Shown here one piece after another: positions 1 to 9,691 of a stretch of 64,000 bases of DNA. The translations under genes were made by a program, and so were the position numbers. The stretch's first letter is position 1; each line of letters opens with the position of its first letter. Below the pieces are notes generated by a model. It saw nothing but the letters and a program-made list of their open reading frames with translations. It had not been told where the DNA came from and made no database searches. This DNA comes from a virus (Duplodnaviria > Caudoviricetes), in IMG/VR virus record IMGVR_UViG_3300017492_000173, positions 3,925 to 67,924 of that record, one strand, 5' to 3'.

Positions 1-1591
1 TATATTCTTTTGGTCCCGCTGGGTCTTCTTTCGATTCATAAATTCTCCTCAGAGCTTCACCATACGCCTCTTTTAACGATTTCAACTCAGCCGCCTTACT
101 TTCAACCTGATTTCTTATCAGTTGCGCTACAGTCTTATCTGTTATCTTCGACCCAGAATCTATTTTATCTTTTATTTCATCTTGTATTTTTGTTACTTCC
201 TCCTCGTAATTAGAATATATGTCCGATACGGTGTTTGCGTATTGCCGTTCCACACCTTCTTCCTTTATCAAGTCTATAAGCCTTTCTCTGTTCTTATTGA
301 CTTGCTCCAACTTGTCGCCTTCCTTGTCAATCTCAATTCCGTATTCCTGACACGTGGAAGTGAGTTTATCCAAAGCGTCTTTATATGTCTTTGAGCCTTT
401 TGAGGCGGTGTTTACGATAAAATACAGACTCTGCGTTTTGTCTAATATCTTTCCCGCTTCTTCGCCGAATTCCTGCATGCTTTCCGTCGTGTCATCCGCT
501 TTGTCCTTGAAGGATACCAAAGCTTCCACAACTGTGAATATCGCCATCGCCGCTATGACATACGGATTTTTCAACATCACGAGATTAAGACTCTTTTGCG
601 CTTTGCTCGCTATCACCGTCGCCGCAGCTTGCGCCATCGTAGCCTTCGTATGTCTTATTACAGCCAGCCTTTTCGCAGCCGCAATCGCAAGGCTTACCTT
701 TTCGTATGCAGTAACCACCATTACGGCGGTCTTGTAAACGCCATACGCCTTTGCGCACTCTATCACCACGTTGCCGATTGTTCGGAAATGTGCTGCGACA
801 CTCGCCAATGCGTCCAAAGTCCAATTTATAGTACCCTCATTGTCTTCCCCTATATCGGAAAAGGCTAATTGAATGGAGTCTCGAATCTTTTCCAACCGTC
901 CCGATATGGTCTCTGACTTCTTAACCATAAGGTCATCGAACTTTGAATTAGCCATATCCTTAATAGCTGCATCGAAAACTGCAGACGTTACCTTTCCTGC
1001 GCGCACAGCCTCTTGGAGAGCGTCTTCGGCGATGCCTAACTGCTTGGCAAGATACTCTCCGATAGGAATACCTCTACCGAGGAACTGCCGCAAGTCCACG
1101 GTGTACATGTGCTGCTGTCTGATAGTAGTGCCATAGAGGAAGATAAGCTCACCGAGGTTGCGCCCCATGCCTGCTGCGATGTCGCCCAAATCTTTCAGAG
1201 TGTCGTTCACTTCTTCGGCGGCGATACCGTAGGCTAAAAGCTGATTAGCTCCTTGCGCCACATCCATGAATGAGAAAGGAGTCTCAATGGCGGTCTTTTT
1301 CATTTGCCCGATAAGAACCTGCGCTTTCTCCGCGCTATTCAGCAACGTGGTCATAGTAACCTCAACATCCTGCAGCTGCCCTCGCATCTTTACAAGCTGG
1401 TTGATAAATTCCGACACACCCATGCCAACGCCAAAGGCTACCGCCGTGTCTTTCAGCAGCCCCGTTATGTTTTTCAATGTGCCAGACAAATCCTTGAACT
1501 TCGCCGATGTCTGGTCAACGGAGTTGTTTATGTTGTTGAGGTTTCTCGTAGCCTCCTTAGTCTCAATTACTATTCTGAAATCTACGCTCAT
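1..1591 (-). CDS. Tape measure protein 1 (5' part; runs off the left edge, absent from ORF track)
   Basis: Reading the minus strand from ATG 1591 gives MSVDFRIVIETKEATRNL...ETPFSFMDVAQGANQLLAYGIAAEEVNDTLKDLGDIAAG...LRQFLGRGIPI, a typical tape-measure N-terminal domain. It follows the chaperone gene directly. The start region was translated by eye; the far 3' part was not checked codon by codon. Confidence 0.85.
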   Translation of the reverse strand, partial: MSVDFRIVIETKEATRNLNNINNSVDQTSAKFKDLSGTLKNITGLLKDTAVAFGVGMGVSEFINQLVKMRGQLQDVEVTMTTLLNSAEKAQVLIGQMKKTAIETPFSFMDVAQGANQLLAYGIAAEEVNDTLKDLGDIAAGMGRNLGELIFLYGTTIRQQHMYTVDLRQFLGRGIPIGEYLAKQLGIAEDALQEAVRAGKVTSAVFDAAIKDMANSKFDDLMVKKSETISGRLEKIRDSIQLAFSDIGEDNEGTINWTLDALASVAAHFRTIGNVVIECAKAYGVYKTAVMVVTAYEKVSLAIAAAKRLAVIRHTKATMAQAAATVIASKAQKSLNLVMLKNPYVIAAMAIFTVVEALVSFKDKADDTTESMQEFGEEAGKILDKTQSLYFIVNTASKGSKTYKDALDKLTSTCQEYGIEIDKEGDKLEQVNKNRERLIDLIKEEGVERQYANTVSDIYSNYEEEVTKIQDEIKDKIDSGSKITDKTVAQLIRNQVESKAAELKSLKEAYGEALRRIYESKEDPAGPKEY

Positions 1592-1595
1592 AGCC

Positions 1596-2309
1596 TTAGT
1601 CCCAATTCATTCTCTTAATCTGTTCCATACCCTCCTTAGTATCGGCGTTGATGCGTGAGCGGTCGGTAGGTATGTGTACCCTCTTTCTCTCCTTGTCAGA
1701 GAGATACACCGTAACAGGAGCGTCAGACATCAGCATACGCAATAGGGTGTAGCTTATGCCCCATATCACCTGCATCGGCGTGAGGTTCAGCTTCTCGCAC
1801 GCAGGCACGATTAGCGACCCGAACACGCTCTTGCCGCAGAAGTCCAACGAGGAGCTTTTATCCCTCGCCTTGCTGCATTTCGCTATCAGCTCATGCTCTT
1901 TCGTTATGCCGAGGTAGTCCTGCATCTCCTTGATGTTGTCCTGCCTCATTATCACGAGCAACAGCTTCGTCAAATCCTGTATGCTGCCTTTCTTCTTGAA
2001 GAAATCGGCACGTTCCAAGACAACGGACGCATCGCCTAAATCTTCTTTCTTGTCAAAGGTGCTGTACGATATTATCCTGCAAACGACATCGCGCTTATCC
2101 TCCACGACACGCATCATCTCCAACGTGGGGTCAACCTGCGCTATCTCGTTGGATATACCCAACTGCTCATACAGCGGCGCAAGTAAGTATTGCTTTCCGA
2201 GAGTTACGGGGTAAATGCGAAATGTCTCACCCTCCATTTCAAATTCCTTTGGGAGAGAGACTATCACATCGTTAATGTCTTGTATTATGCGCTTATCGTC
2301 ATCGGTCAT
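1596..2309 (-). CDS. Tail assembly chaperone-like protein
   Basis: 237 aa, lying between tail tube and tape measure. C-terminal ACEKLNLTPMQVIWGISYTLLRMLMSD resembles phage tail chaperones. Confidence 0.6.
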   Translation of the reverse strand: MTDDDKRIIQDINDVIVSLPKEFEMEGETFRIYPVTLGKQYLLAPLYEQLGISNEIAQVDPTLEMMRVVEDKRDVVCRIISYSTFDKKEDLGDASVVLERADFFKKKGSIQDLTKLLLVIMRQDNIKEMQDYLGITKEHELIAKCSKARDKSSSLDFCGKSVFGSLIVPACEKLNLTPMQVIWGISYTLLRMLMSDAPVTVYLSDKERKRVHIPTDRSRINADTKEGMEQIKRMNWD

Positions 2310-2323
2310 AATATTACAGCTTT

Positions 2324-2367
2324 AAAAGAAAAGCAGGTTGGCTGGTTTCTCCAACCACCCAACCTGC
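2324..2367 (-). terminator. Intrinsic terminator after the tail tube gene
   Basis: GCAGGTTGG...CCAACCTGC stem, followed on the minus strand by TTTTCTTTT. Confidence 0.65.
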
Positions 2368-2404
2368 GCCTTGATTGATTATTCTTGGAATAACGATAAT
2401 TCCT

Positions 2405-2953
2405 TTATGCTGCTATAACCTCGCCAGTAGCGCAGTCGAACATATCCGTTGTGCCTTCTGTCTCTTCGGGGTCGCACGTTACCTTAGAGATAACGCCGTC
2501 AGCCTCCGTGATTGCAATGACACCCCAATAGACTTGCTTGAAGTTCGTGGCTTTCTTGATAGCGTCAAAGGTGAACGTCCAACTTCCACCCTCTTCTGTA
2601 GAGAAAGCGTCCTCAACGGACACGGCGGACTTCAAGATGCACACGCCTTGAACCGCAGGGTCTTCGGGCTGCACAACAACTGCGAAGTTGTGGTCAACAA
2701 CACCGTCTGTGTGGGAGATAGGACACTTGCGACCCTTAGCCGCACGAACCTGACACGCCAATGCGTAGGTGTTCTTGTTGTACTTCACATCCTCGTTTTC
2801 ACCACCCTCTATGGTAGCCTCTTTCTTGTCGCCCTTTTCGGTTGACAATTCCGTGGAGTTTTCCACTGGCGTAGGCATTTCCTGCCATGAGGAGTTTGAC
2901 GTATCGAGGTCTTTAAACAATATTCGGGGCTTACCCCATCCGATAAATGCCAT
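2405..2953 (-). CDS. Major tail tube protein (putative)
   Basis: 182 aa beta-rich acidic protein (MAFIGWGKPRI...PVENSTELSTEKGDKKEATIEGGE) in the canonical position, with a terminator after it. Confidence 0.65.
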   Translation of the reverse strand: MAFIGWGKPRILFKDLDTSNSSWQEMPTPVENSTELSTEKGDKKEATIEGGENEDVKYNKNTYALACQVRAAKGRKCPISHTDGVVDHNFAVVVQPEDPAVQGVCILKSAVSVEDAFSTEEGGSWTFTFDAIKKATNFKQVYWGVIAITEADGVISKVTCDPEETEGTTDMFDCATGEVIAA

Positions 2954-2974
2954 AATGTTATCCTTTCTTAATTG

Positions 2975-3373
2975 TTACTCGTTTGACTGCCTGTATAGCA
3001 GCCGATTGTTGATAATGTGTTCATTGTTGCTCTCGAAATACAGCAGCTTCTGGCTTTCTAACGTTATGCGGTAGCTGTCATGGCTGTTGTAAACATCGAA
3101 GAGGTCAGCGGCAAGGCGCTCCAATTTTGAAGCCCTCAGACTGTCAACGATATACCTCTGTTCCGCGAACAGGTCGGGAACGTAGATGTTGACGTTCACG
3201 TAAGCCTCCTGTATCTGCCCATTTTGGTTGGCTGACACGGCAATCGTTATGTCCTCATCCCGTGAGTCAAGAGGTCTCTGTGTCTTGCAGAGCTTTCCTT
3301 TTATTTCCTCGTGTAGCTCACTGCCTTTTATGAGGTCGTAAACATCCTGTGTTATATCGTCAACTGTCTTCAT
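2975..3373 (-). CDS. Tail terminator/completion protein (putative)
   Basis: 132 aa, immediately upstream of the tail tube gene; synteny only. Confidence 0.5.
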   Translation of the reverse strand: MKTVDDITQDVYDLIKGSELHEEIKGKLCKTQRPLDSRDEDITIAVSANQNGQIQEAYVNVNIYVPDLFAEQRYIVDSLRASKLERLAADLFDVYNSHDSYRITLESQKLLYFESNNEHIINNRLLYRQSNE

Positions 3374-3867
3374 TGAACCATTTGTCGAAGTCTCGCTGTC
3401 GCTCTTGTCATAGCACCCTCAATCCTGCTTCTGAGGTTTTGGCTCGCCCATATCTTGGTGTTGCCAATGACATCCTTGTTCTGTAACGCTTCCACATAGA
3501 TTGCGTATTCCATACCTGCCACGACCACCAACCCAAGAGGGTATTGCGCTATATCCTTAGCCTTGTCATTAAGGTAATCACGCCCCTTCTGCCCTCCATT
3601 GAGAGGTCTGTTTTGCGGATTTTCCTTTGCCGGTATCTGTTGGAAACTTGATGAGTTGGCATTGTCAACAATACCGTTCTCAACGACACCGTAGCCAATG
3701 GAGCTGCGCAGGTTTCCCGTGTGGTCTATCCAACTGTCTGCTTCCGAGCGGTTGCGTATGCGTATCACACACTCCTCGCCCAACACCGCCAACGCCCTCT
3801 TCAGCTCCTCATTGAGGACTTGCATCACCGTTTTGGTGAACGTCCTTATGTCAACAGATTTGGGCAT
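3370..3867 (-). CDS. Neck/tail completion protein, HK97 gp10-like
   Basis: DHTGNLRSSIGY and VVAGMEYAIYVE motifs; ATGA overlap with the next gene. Confidence 0.7.
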   Translation of the reverse strand: MPKSVDIRTFTKTVMQVLNEELKRALAVLGEECVIRIRNRSEADSWIDHTGNLRSSIGYGVVENGIVDNANSSSFQQIPAKENPQNRPLNGGQKGRDYLNDKAKDIAQYPLGLVVVAGMEYAIYVEALQNKDVIGNTKIWASQNLRSRIEGAMTRATARLRQMVQ

Positions 3868-4196
3868 CAGCCTATGTAAACTTTCAGTTGGTGCTTGTAC
3901 GGTCGGGTGTTTATGACTTTCAGAATATACTCCTGTCCCTCGCGCAACAATTTTACCTTAACCCCTTTTTCGATAACGCCGACAAGCAAAGGACTCACGT
4001 AAACGATGAATGTAAAATGGTGGTCTTCACCATCCTCATAAATGACATCCGTTGCCTTCGTAGTGGGGACTGCATCGCACACCCAGCCTCCGACCCATTC
4101 GGTGGTGCCTGCGTGGTAGTTGCCGTTCTCATCCTCATAGCCGCCAGTTTCCTGCTCGGCGTAGAGGACATGCCTGCGCATTTCAACTATTGCCAT
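3867..4196 (-). CDS. Head-tail adaptor/closure protein (putative)
   Basis: 109 aa starting with GGYEDENGNY; synteny. Confidence 0.55.
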   Translation of the reverse strand: MAIVEMRRHVLYAEQETGGYEDENGNYHAGTTEWVGGWVCDAVPTTKATDVIYEDGEDHHFTFIVYVSPLLVGVIEKGVKVKLLREGQEYILKVINTRPYKHQLKVYIG

Positions 4197-4532
4197 TTAG
4201 AAGTCGTTTATGTAAACCATCGGCTCGTCAACCATATTCTCCTCTTCTCCAATAGAAGCATACAGCCTGTTCGCTTTCTTCAGGATAAGCTCTTTCTCTC
4301 CCTCATACATGTAAACGGACTTGTCTGCCTCATTGAAGTTGGGGGCTTCGATGATAGAGACAAGACAATCGGCTACGACTCCAATCCACGTGTCTGAGTT
4401 CGCCACTTCCGTAGTGAACTCATCATCACCGCAGAGACCCCGCCTTATAAACTGGTTCTCGAAGTATTTCTTTCCGTCGTAGTCCAACGGAAAATGAATC
4501 TCGTCAATCAGAGCCTGCCGTATTGTCTTCAT
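4197..4532 (-). CDS. Head-tail connector protein (putative)
   Basis: 111 aa helical protein directly after the capsid gene. Confidence 0.55.
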   Translation of the reverse strand: MKTIRQALIDEIHFPLDYDGKKYFENQFIRRGLCGDDEFTTEVANSDTWIGVVADCLVSIIEAPNFNEADKSVYMYEGEKELILKKANRLYASIGEEENMVDEPMVYINDF

Positions 4533-4546
4533 CGCACTAATTCAGT

Positions 4547-5854
4547 TTAAGAGGCTATGTAACTCTTCGCGAGAGTCTTCAAGTCCTCCTGCTCCTCTTT
4601 CGTGAGCTTGTTCACGGCTGCCACTACCTGCTTGTCGGTAGCTCCGCTCGCAATGGTCGTGTAGTTCTGCAGCAAGGCTATGAACTCAGCTTTCTTGTAT
4701 TTGTTGCCAAGAACGGTGACGTATGCGTCTGCTGTGTCTGCCGTCTCCGCTGTCTCGTCAACGGCCTGTGCGCCCGTGAGGTCAAGGACATAGATGCCCT
4801 CCGTGTCCTCTATGACAGGCAGAGAGAATGACTGCGCAGAGCAGATTTCCTGCAATGACGGCTCGTTCTTGCTGTACTGCGAGATGAGCTTGTAGCTGTC
4901 AACCTCTTGGTACTGCACACCCTCCACACGGTTGTCAGCCTCCGCACAACGTCCATAAACGAGTGCGCCAAGCATAGTGTTGGAGCAGAAGATGACCTTC
5001 TCTTTGCCAAACGGCTTCACGTATTTGCGTGTTCCGTTGGTCTCCATGAGGACTTTACGGTTCACCTTCTCGAAAGAGATACCGCCGAACTCATCGGCGA
5101 AAGCCTCGTCAAAGAGCGATGGGATAGGCACTGGCAACTTCGTGGCTGATGTGTAGGTCAAACCACGGTAGTTAGCCGCAAGCTCCTTAGCACCGTCAGT
5201 CTGGCGCAATGCGTCATACACTGACTTGTCAATCCAAATCTTGTCAATCGGATTGCCGTCCTCGTCCGCACTCTCAATGACATTGCGGATGTCGTCAATG
5301 GTCAGCACCCCCTTTTCGCTCACGCTGAAGATGTGGCTGTCAAGGTAGTTGTACGACACACGCATGATAGTGTTGTCAGAACCCTCTGCGTCCTGCACGT
5401 CAACGCAACCGTCATACAGACCTTTCAAGAAAGCGTACTCGTTTCTCTCGTCGATACCTGTCGAGCAGAATACGGCATCGTTTGTCAGCACACGGACAAT
5501 CTCTGGCGCGTTGTTCTGCAACTCCATAATCTGAAGCTGCTTGATGTCGGTCTCGCCTCTCTTACGCTTGATGCCCTGCTTCGGGAGCTCGCCACTGTTC
5601 GACTTGAACGTGTCGCGCTTCTTTAATGGCAGAGGACTGTCCATTGCCACGTAGTCGGCAGCGACGTACTGGGTGTTCACCTGCGTTGTCTTCCACTTGT
5701 TGTCAGGGCTGTACACACGACGCAGGATGCTTGTGTTCTTGTGGTAGTACGGAAGAGCCTCCTCCTTAGTGCGCTTCTCGTTGACTCTCGTAACGATAGT
5801 CTGCAACTTCGGATAGAAAGTCTCTATGTACTGCGCAAATAAACTTTCATTCAT
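4547..5854 (-). CDS. Major capsid protein
   Basis: 435 aa with ADYVAMDSPLPLKKR and IDERNEY motifs of Bacteroidales capsid proteins; follows scaffold and decoration genes. Confidence 0.8.
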   Translation of the reverse strand: MNESLFAQYIETFYPKLQTIVTRVNEKRTKEEALPYYHKNTSILRRVYSPDNKWKTTQVNTQYVAADYVAMDSPLPLKKRDTFKSNSGELPKQGIKRKRGETDIKQLQIMELQNNAPEIVRVLTNDAVFCSTGIDERNEYAFLKGLYDGCVDVQDAEGSDNTIMRVSYNYLDSHIFSVSEKGVLTIDDIRNVIESADEDGNPIDKIWIDKSVYDALRQTDGAKELAANYRGLTYTSATKLPVPIPSLFDEAFADEFGGISFEKVNRKVLMETNGTRKYVKPFGKEKVIFCSNTMLGALVYGRCAEADNRVEGVQYQEVDSYKLISQYSKNEPSLQEICSAQSFSLPVIEDTEGIYVLDLTGAQAVDETAETADTADAYVTVLGNKYKKAEFIALLQNYTTIASGATDKQVVAAVNKLTKEEQEDLKTLAKSYIAS

Positions 5855-5892
5855 AATTGTTATCCTTTAATCTTTTTACCTTAGTAAGAACC

Positions 5893-6279
5893 TTAGTCGT
5901 GGTCGAAATACAGGGCGGGCAGTGCCGTCTGTATCGCAGACTTGATAGTGTCAATAGAGTAAGGAAGAGCCGCATCGTTCACCTCTCCCATTGTCAGCAT
6001 ACCCACAAAGGGCTTCTCTTTCACCACCGTGGCGACCGCTATACCTGCGTATGCGTAGCCTTCAGGCAGTGTTCCATACGCTCCATCGCTGATAGGCATC
6101 GGTTTGTAAGCACCGTCCTTGCCGATGATTACCTGTCCCGCCTGTATGACATCCAACGTATAGTCGGACACATCAAGCATGACACCCTTTGTCTTGGCGT
6201 TGAGAGCGTTTCTCACAATAATCGGGTCGTTGCCAGCGTCATACGCCTCGGACTTACCCACATTGATTACATTTGCCAT
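5893..6279 (-). CDS. Head decoration protein (putative)
   Basis: 128 aa between scaffold and capsid; VIQAGQVIIGKDGAYKPMP is decoration-like. Confidence 0.6.
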   Translation of the reverse strand: MANVINVGKSEAYDAGNDPIIVRNALNAKTKGVMLDVSDYTLDVIQAGQVIIGKDGAYKPMPISDGAYGTLPEGYAYAGIAVATVVKEKPFVGMLTMGEVNDAALPYSIDTIKSAIQTALPALYFDHD

Positions 6280-6298
6280 AATTTAAAGATGTTAATTG

Positions 6299-7000
6299 TT
6301 AATTTATTCCATCTACGAGCTTGTCGATGTCCTCATCTGAAAGCTCTTTCTTATGGTCGCCACCCTTGCTTCCACCAGCGGCACTCGCCCCAAGTGCGTC
6401 AAGACCTTTCTCAGTCCTCTCCTTGTTGTAGGCTTTTATGCCCTCGTCAACATCAGAAGAGAACTCCTCAAAGTCATCTTCATCCTTGAAGCTCATGCGG
6501 TCAAAGTTCTTTAGGATTTGCTTTCCATATTCGCCCAAGTCCTTGACTTTGGCTTCAATCTTCGACCTGCGTGTCTCAGTGGCCTTACCCGTCTTTATGG
6601 CGGAGAGTTCGCTTTCCACTTTCTCAAACTTCTCAGAGAGAGATTTGAGGAGCTTTAGCGTCTCACTGTCGCCCTTGTCGTCAGCTTTCGGTTTCGTGTC
6701 TGCTGACGAGTTGTCATCATCGTCATCATCTCCGTTGCCGTCCTCTTTCGGCTTCTTCTTCGGGTCGGGCTTGTTAGCATCAATAATCCTGCTTGCGTAC
6801 GACTGACCAAACTTCAAGACCGGAACAACTGCCTCAATCTGTTCATCAATGGCATTTGTAACATCTTCGTCCTTAGCGTCATCTGGAAGAGTGAGATTGT
6901 CGTCAATGATGCCTGCGACACTCATCAGCTCTTTCTTCGTGAACCCGAAAGACTTAACTTTCGGTTTCAATGCGGCGTAAATTTGCTGCTTTCTGTCCAT
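6299..7000 (-). CDS. Capsid scaffolding protein (putative)
   Basis: 233 aa, highly charged coiled-coil with an acidic linker, first gene of the head operon. Confidence 0.65.
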   Translation of the reverse strand: MDRKQQIYAALKPKVKSFGFTKKELMSVAGIIDDNLTLPDDAKDEDVTNAIDEQIEAVVPVLKFGQSYASRIIDANKPDPKKKPKEDGNGDDDDDDNSSADTKPKADDKGDSETLKLLKSLSEKFEKVESELSAIKTGKATETRRSKIEAKVKDLGEYGKQILKNFDRMSFKDEDDFEEFSSDVDEGIKAYNKERTEKGLDALGASAAGGSKGGDHKKELSDEDIDKLVDGIN

Positions 7001-7059
7001 AAGTTTTGAAATTGTTATCCTGATAAATCTTTTTACCTCTGTAAATAGTTTTCTGCGAA

Positions 7060-7120
7060 CAAATATACGTAACTTTATCGTAAAGTAAATACACCTTTAC
7101 GAAACTTTATTGTATTTTTG
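7060..7120. promoter_or_regulatory. Divergent Bacteroidetes-type promoters for the scaffold operon and the portal operon
   Basis: Minus-strand TATATTTG at 7060-7067 and plus-strand TATTTTTG at 7113-7120 match the TAnnTTTG -7 box. Confidence 0.55.
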
Positions 7121-7138
7121 TCGCAAAATCTTCGTTTT

Positions 7139-8614
7139 ATGGCAGATATACAGGAAATTCTTACCCAAACACCCAACGCAGCGATTAATTTACTGCGCCA
7201 AAAGTCCATAGACATACCGTCATGGGCAAGGCTCTTGAAGGACTATGAGCCTAAGTTCCACAAAATAATGCACGACCACATCGCCCGCAAGGACAAGGTG
7301 CGCAAGGACAAGCAAGGCAACGTCATCGCCATAGAGCCTGCGGCGCGAATATCCTTCGGGCTTGAACGCCTGCTCGTCCACCGCATGTCAGAATTTATGT
7401 TCACGACACCTGTGCGCCGCCTTTACCACAACATAAACGGCAGCAGGCAGCGGCAAGAGATAACAAAAGCCATCGAGGCTGTCTACAAGGTCGCCCGCAT
7501 CGACACCGAGAACCTCAAACGTGCATCGCTCTATTTCTCCACCTGCGAGCTGTTCACGCTTTGGTACACCGTGCGCCGCAAAAACAGCGTCTACGGCTTT
7601 GACTCCCACTACAAGCTGAAATGCAAGACCTTCTCCCCGATGGACGGAACGCGCCTGTGGCCTCTCATTGACGAGTATGGCGAGATGTCCGCAATGTCAT
7701 TGGAATACTACGTCCAGTCCGGGCTTGACCGCATATATTACTTCGAGACCTACACCGACTCCGCACGCATAAAGTGGCGTTTGGAGGGCAGCGAGTGGAA
7801 AGAGATAGACCGCAACCCCGACATTCAGCTGATGAAAATCCCTGGTGTCTATGTCTATCGTAACCGCCCCATCTGGGATGGCCTTACCGTGATACGGGAG
7901 GAAATAGAATATACCATGTCTCGTAACTCCGATGTGATAGCCTACAACTCCGCACCAGTGCTTAAAGTTGCCGGAATGGTCAAAGGCGTGGAGGACAAAG
8001 GCGAGACGCGGCGTGTCTATCGTGTGGAGAATGGAGGCGACGTGTCTTACGTTTCTTGGACGCAAGCAATCGAAGCCCTTAAATACCACGTTACCACGCT
8101 CCTCAATATGTTCTGGTCTCAGGCGCAGATGCCCGACATCTCCTTTGACAACATGAAAGACCTCGGCAACATAGGCTTTGACGCACGGCAGACACTCCTC
8201 ACTGACGCACACCTCAAAGTCGGCGACGAGGCAGGCGTGTGGATAGAAGCCCTTGAGCGTGAGGGCAACGTCATTAAGGCCTTCCTCAAACTTATGAAAC
8301 CCGAATGGTCAGATGACCTTGACGCTATCGACATTGAACACATCATAACTCCGTTCATACAAAACAATGAGACTTCGGAGGCAGACCGCATACTCAAGCT
8401 CAACGGCAACAAGCCCGTGATGTCCCATCTCGAATCCATACAATACGCAGGTTACTCCACAGACCCCGAAACAACCCTCAAACAAATACAGGAGGAAGAG
8501 AAGATAGATTCTTCTACTCGTGCTATCCGTGTGCAAGGCATTGACAGCGCAACGGTCTCGGAGCAGATAAACGGCACCCAAACCACATCCGAGGGCAACA
8601 ATACCGAGGAATGA
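7139..8614 (+). CDS. Portal protein, SPP1 Gp6-like
   Basis: ~490 aa with LLKDYEPKFHKIM, SDVIAYNSAPVL and YVSWTQAIEALK; followed by the minor head gene. ATG at 7139 preferred. Confidence 0.85.
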   Translation: MADIQEILTQTPNAAINLLRQKSIDIPSWARLLKDYEPKFHKIMHDHIARKDKVRKDKQGNVIAIEPAARISFGLERLLVHRMSEFMFTTPVRRLYHNINGSRQRQEITKAIEAVYKVARIDTENLKRASLYFSTCELFTLWYTVRRKNSVYGFDSHYKLKCKTFSPMDGTRLWPLIDEYGEMSAMSLEYYVQSGLDRIYYFETYTDSARIKWRLEGSEWKEIDRNPDIQLMKIPGVYVYRNRPIWDGLTVIREEIEYTMSRNSDVIAYNSAPVLKVAGMVKGVEDKGETRRVYRVENGGDVSYVSWTQAIEALKYHVTTLLNMFWSQAQMPDISFDNMKDLGNIGFDARQTLLTDAHLKVGDEAGVWIEALEREGNVIKAFLKLMKPEWSDDLDAIDIEHIITPFIQNNETSEADRILKLNGNKPVMSHLESIQYAGYSTDPETTLKQIQEEEKIDSSTRAIRVQGIDSATVSEQINGTQTTSEGNNTEE

Positions 8615-8719
8615 AAATTCTTTCACAGGACTTCATGTTTTCGTCCGACCCGATAAGTTGTGCGGCGAGGGCGTGAAGTCCTTTCATACGCAACGCAAAC
8701 CGCCAAAATCCTAATCGTG

Positions 8720-9691
8720 ATGATTGACATAGCCGCAAAACAGCAGCAAGATTACACAAACCTCAATACAAGGCTCAACCAATACGCCACCAAACTGCAA
8801 CTCCTTATCGACGACCTCATAACCGAAGTCGTTACAATCGTTACGTCCTCACCAACATACCCCTCATACTTCACCCTCGACAGCGACCGCATAGAACGAC
8901 TGCTTGAGGACTACTCCCTTTCCGTGAACACCCTAATCACCAACGGACAATCAGCCGAGTGGTCTGCCGCCAACCTCGCCACCGACATTCTCGTGAACAG
9001 CGTAATTGAGGAATACCTTGACTTTATCTCCCCCACACGCCGTGCAGCCTATTTCCTCGTGAACGCAGACGCTCTCGCAGCGTTCCAAAGACGCACCCTG
9101 TCAGGTCTCGCTCTCTCCGGCCGTATATGGGATATAGCAAAGGACTTCCGCACACAGCTCACCGCAACCATAGCGCACGCCATACAGAACGGCACATCTT
9201 CCGTAAACCTCTCACGCCAAGTCCGAGACCTCATAGCAAAACCCGACACCGTGCAACGCTCCTACCGAAACATCAGCGACACTCACGCCATAACAATGCG
9301 ACTCGCTCGCTCCGAGATAAACATGGCATACCGCACAGCGGAACAGACACGGTGGAGACAACTCGACTTCATCGTAGGCTACCAAATACTGCTATCACAC
9401 CGACACCCCAAGACCGACATCTGCGACCGACTTAAAGGCAAATACCCAAAATCTTTCGTTTGGACGGGGTGGCACCCCTGCGACCTCTGCTTCTGCATAC
9501 CCATACTCAAAACAGAAAAAGAACTCTGGGCGGTGGACTATAACGACATTCAATCCACCGCATCCGTCAACGAAATTACAGACCTGCCTCAAAACTTCAA
9601 ATCCTACATAAACGAGAATAAAGCCAAAATAAACAATATGAAGTCAAAACCTTACTTCATCACTGATAATCCTCAATTCGTTAAGCTATAA
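8720..9691 (+). CDS. Minor head/head morphogenesis protein (SPP1 gp7/Mu F-like)
   Basis: RLARSEINMAYR...HP..DICD.LKGKYPK.F.WTGWHP.C.C signature. The ORF track start is 8660; ATG 8720 is preferred. Confidence 0.8.
   Translation: MIDIAAKQQQDYTNLNTRLNQYATKLQLLIDDLITEVVTIVTSSPTYPSYFTLDSDRIERLLEDYSLSVNTLITNGQSAEWSAANLATDILVNSVIEEYLDFISPTRRAAYFLVNADALAAFQRRTLSGLALSGRIWDIAKDFRTQLTATIAHAIQNGTSSVNLSRQVRDLIAKPDTVQRSYRNISDTHAITMRLARSEINMAYRTAEQTRWRQLDFIVGYQILLSHRHPKTDICDRLKGKYPKSFVWTGWHPCDLCFCIPILKTEKELWAVDYNDIQSTASVNEITDLPQNFKSYINENKAKINNMKSKPYFITDNPQFVKL

Noticed and set aside
1596-2309. Programmed frameshift typical of tail chaperone G/GT pairs
   Set aside because: There is a single ORF abutting the tape measure start; no second overlapping frame was evident.
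6700-6740. Trinucleotide-like repeat encoding DDDDDD in the scaffold gene
   Set aside because: Ordinary acidic linker with mixed codons.
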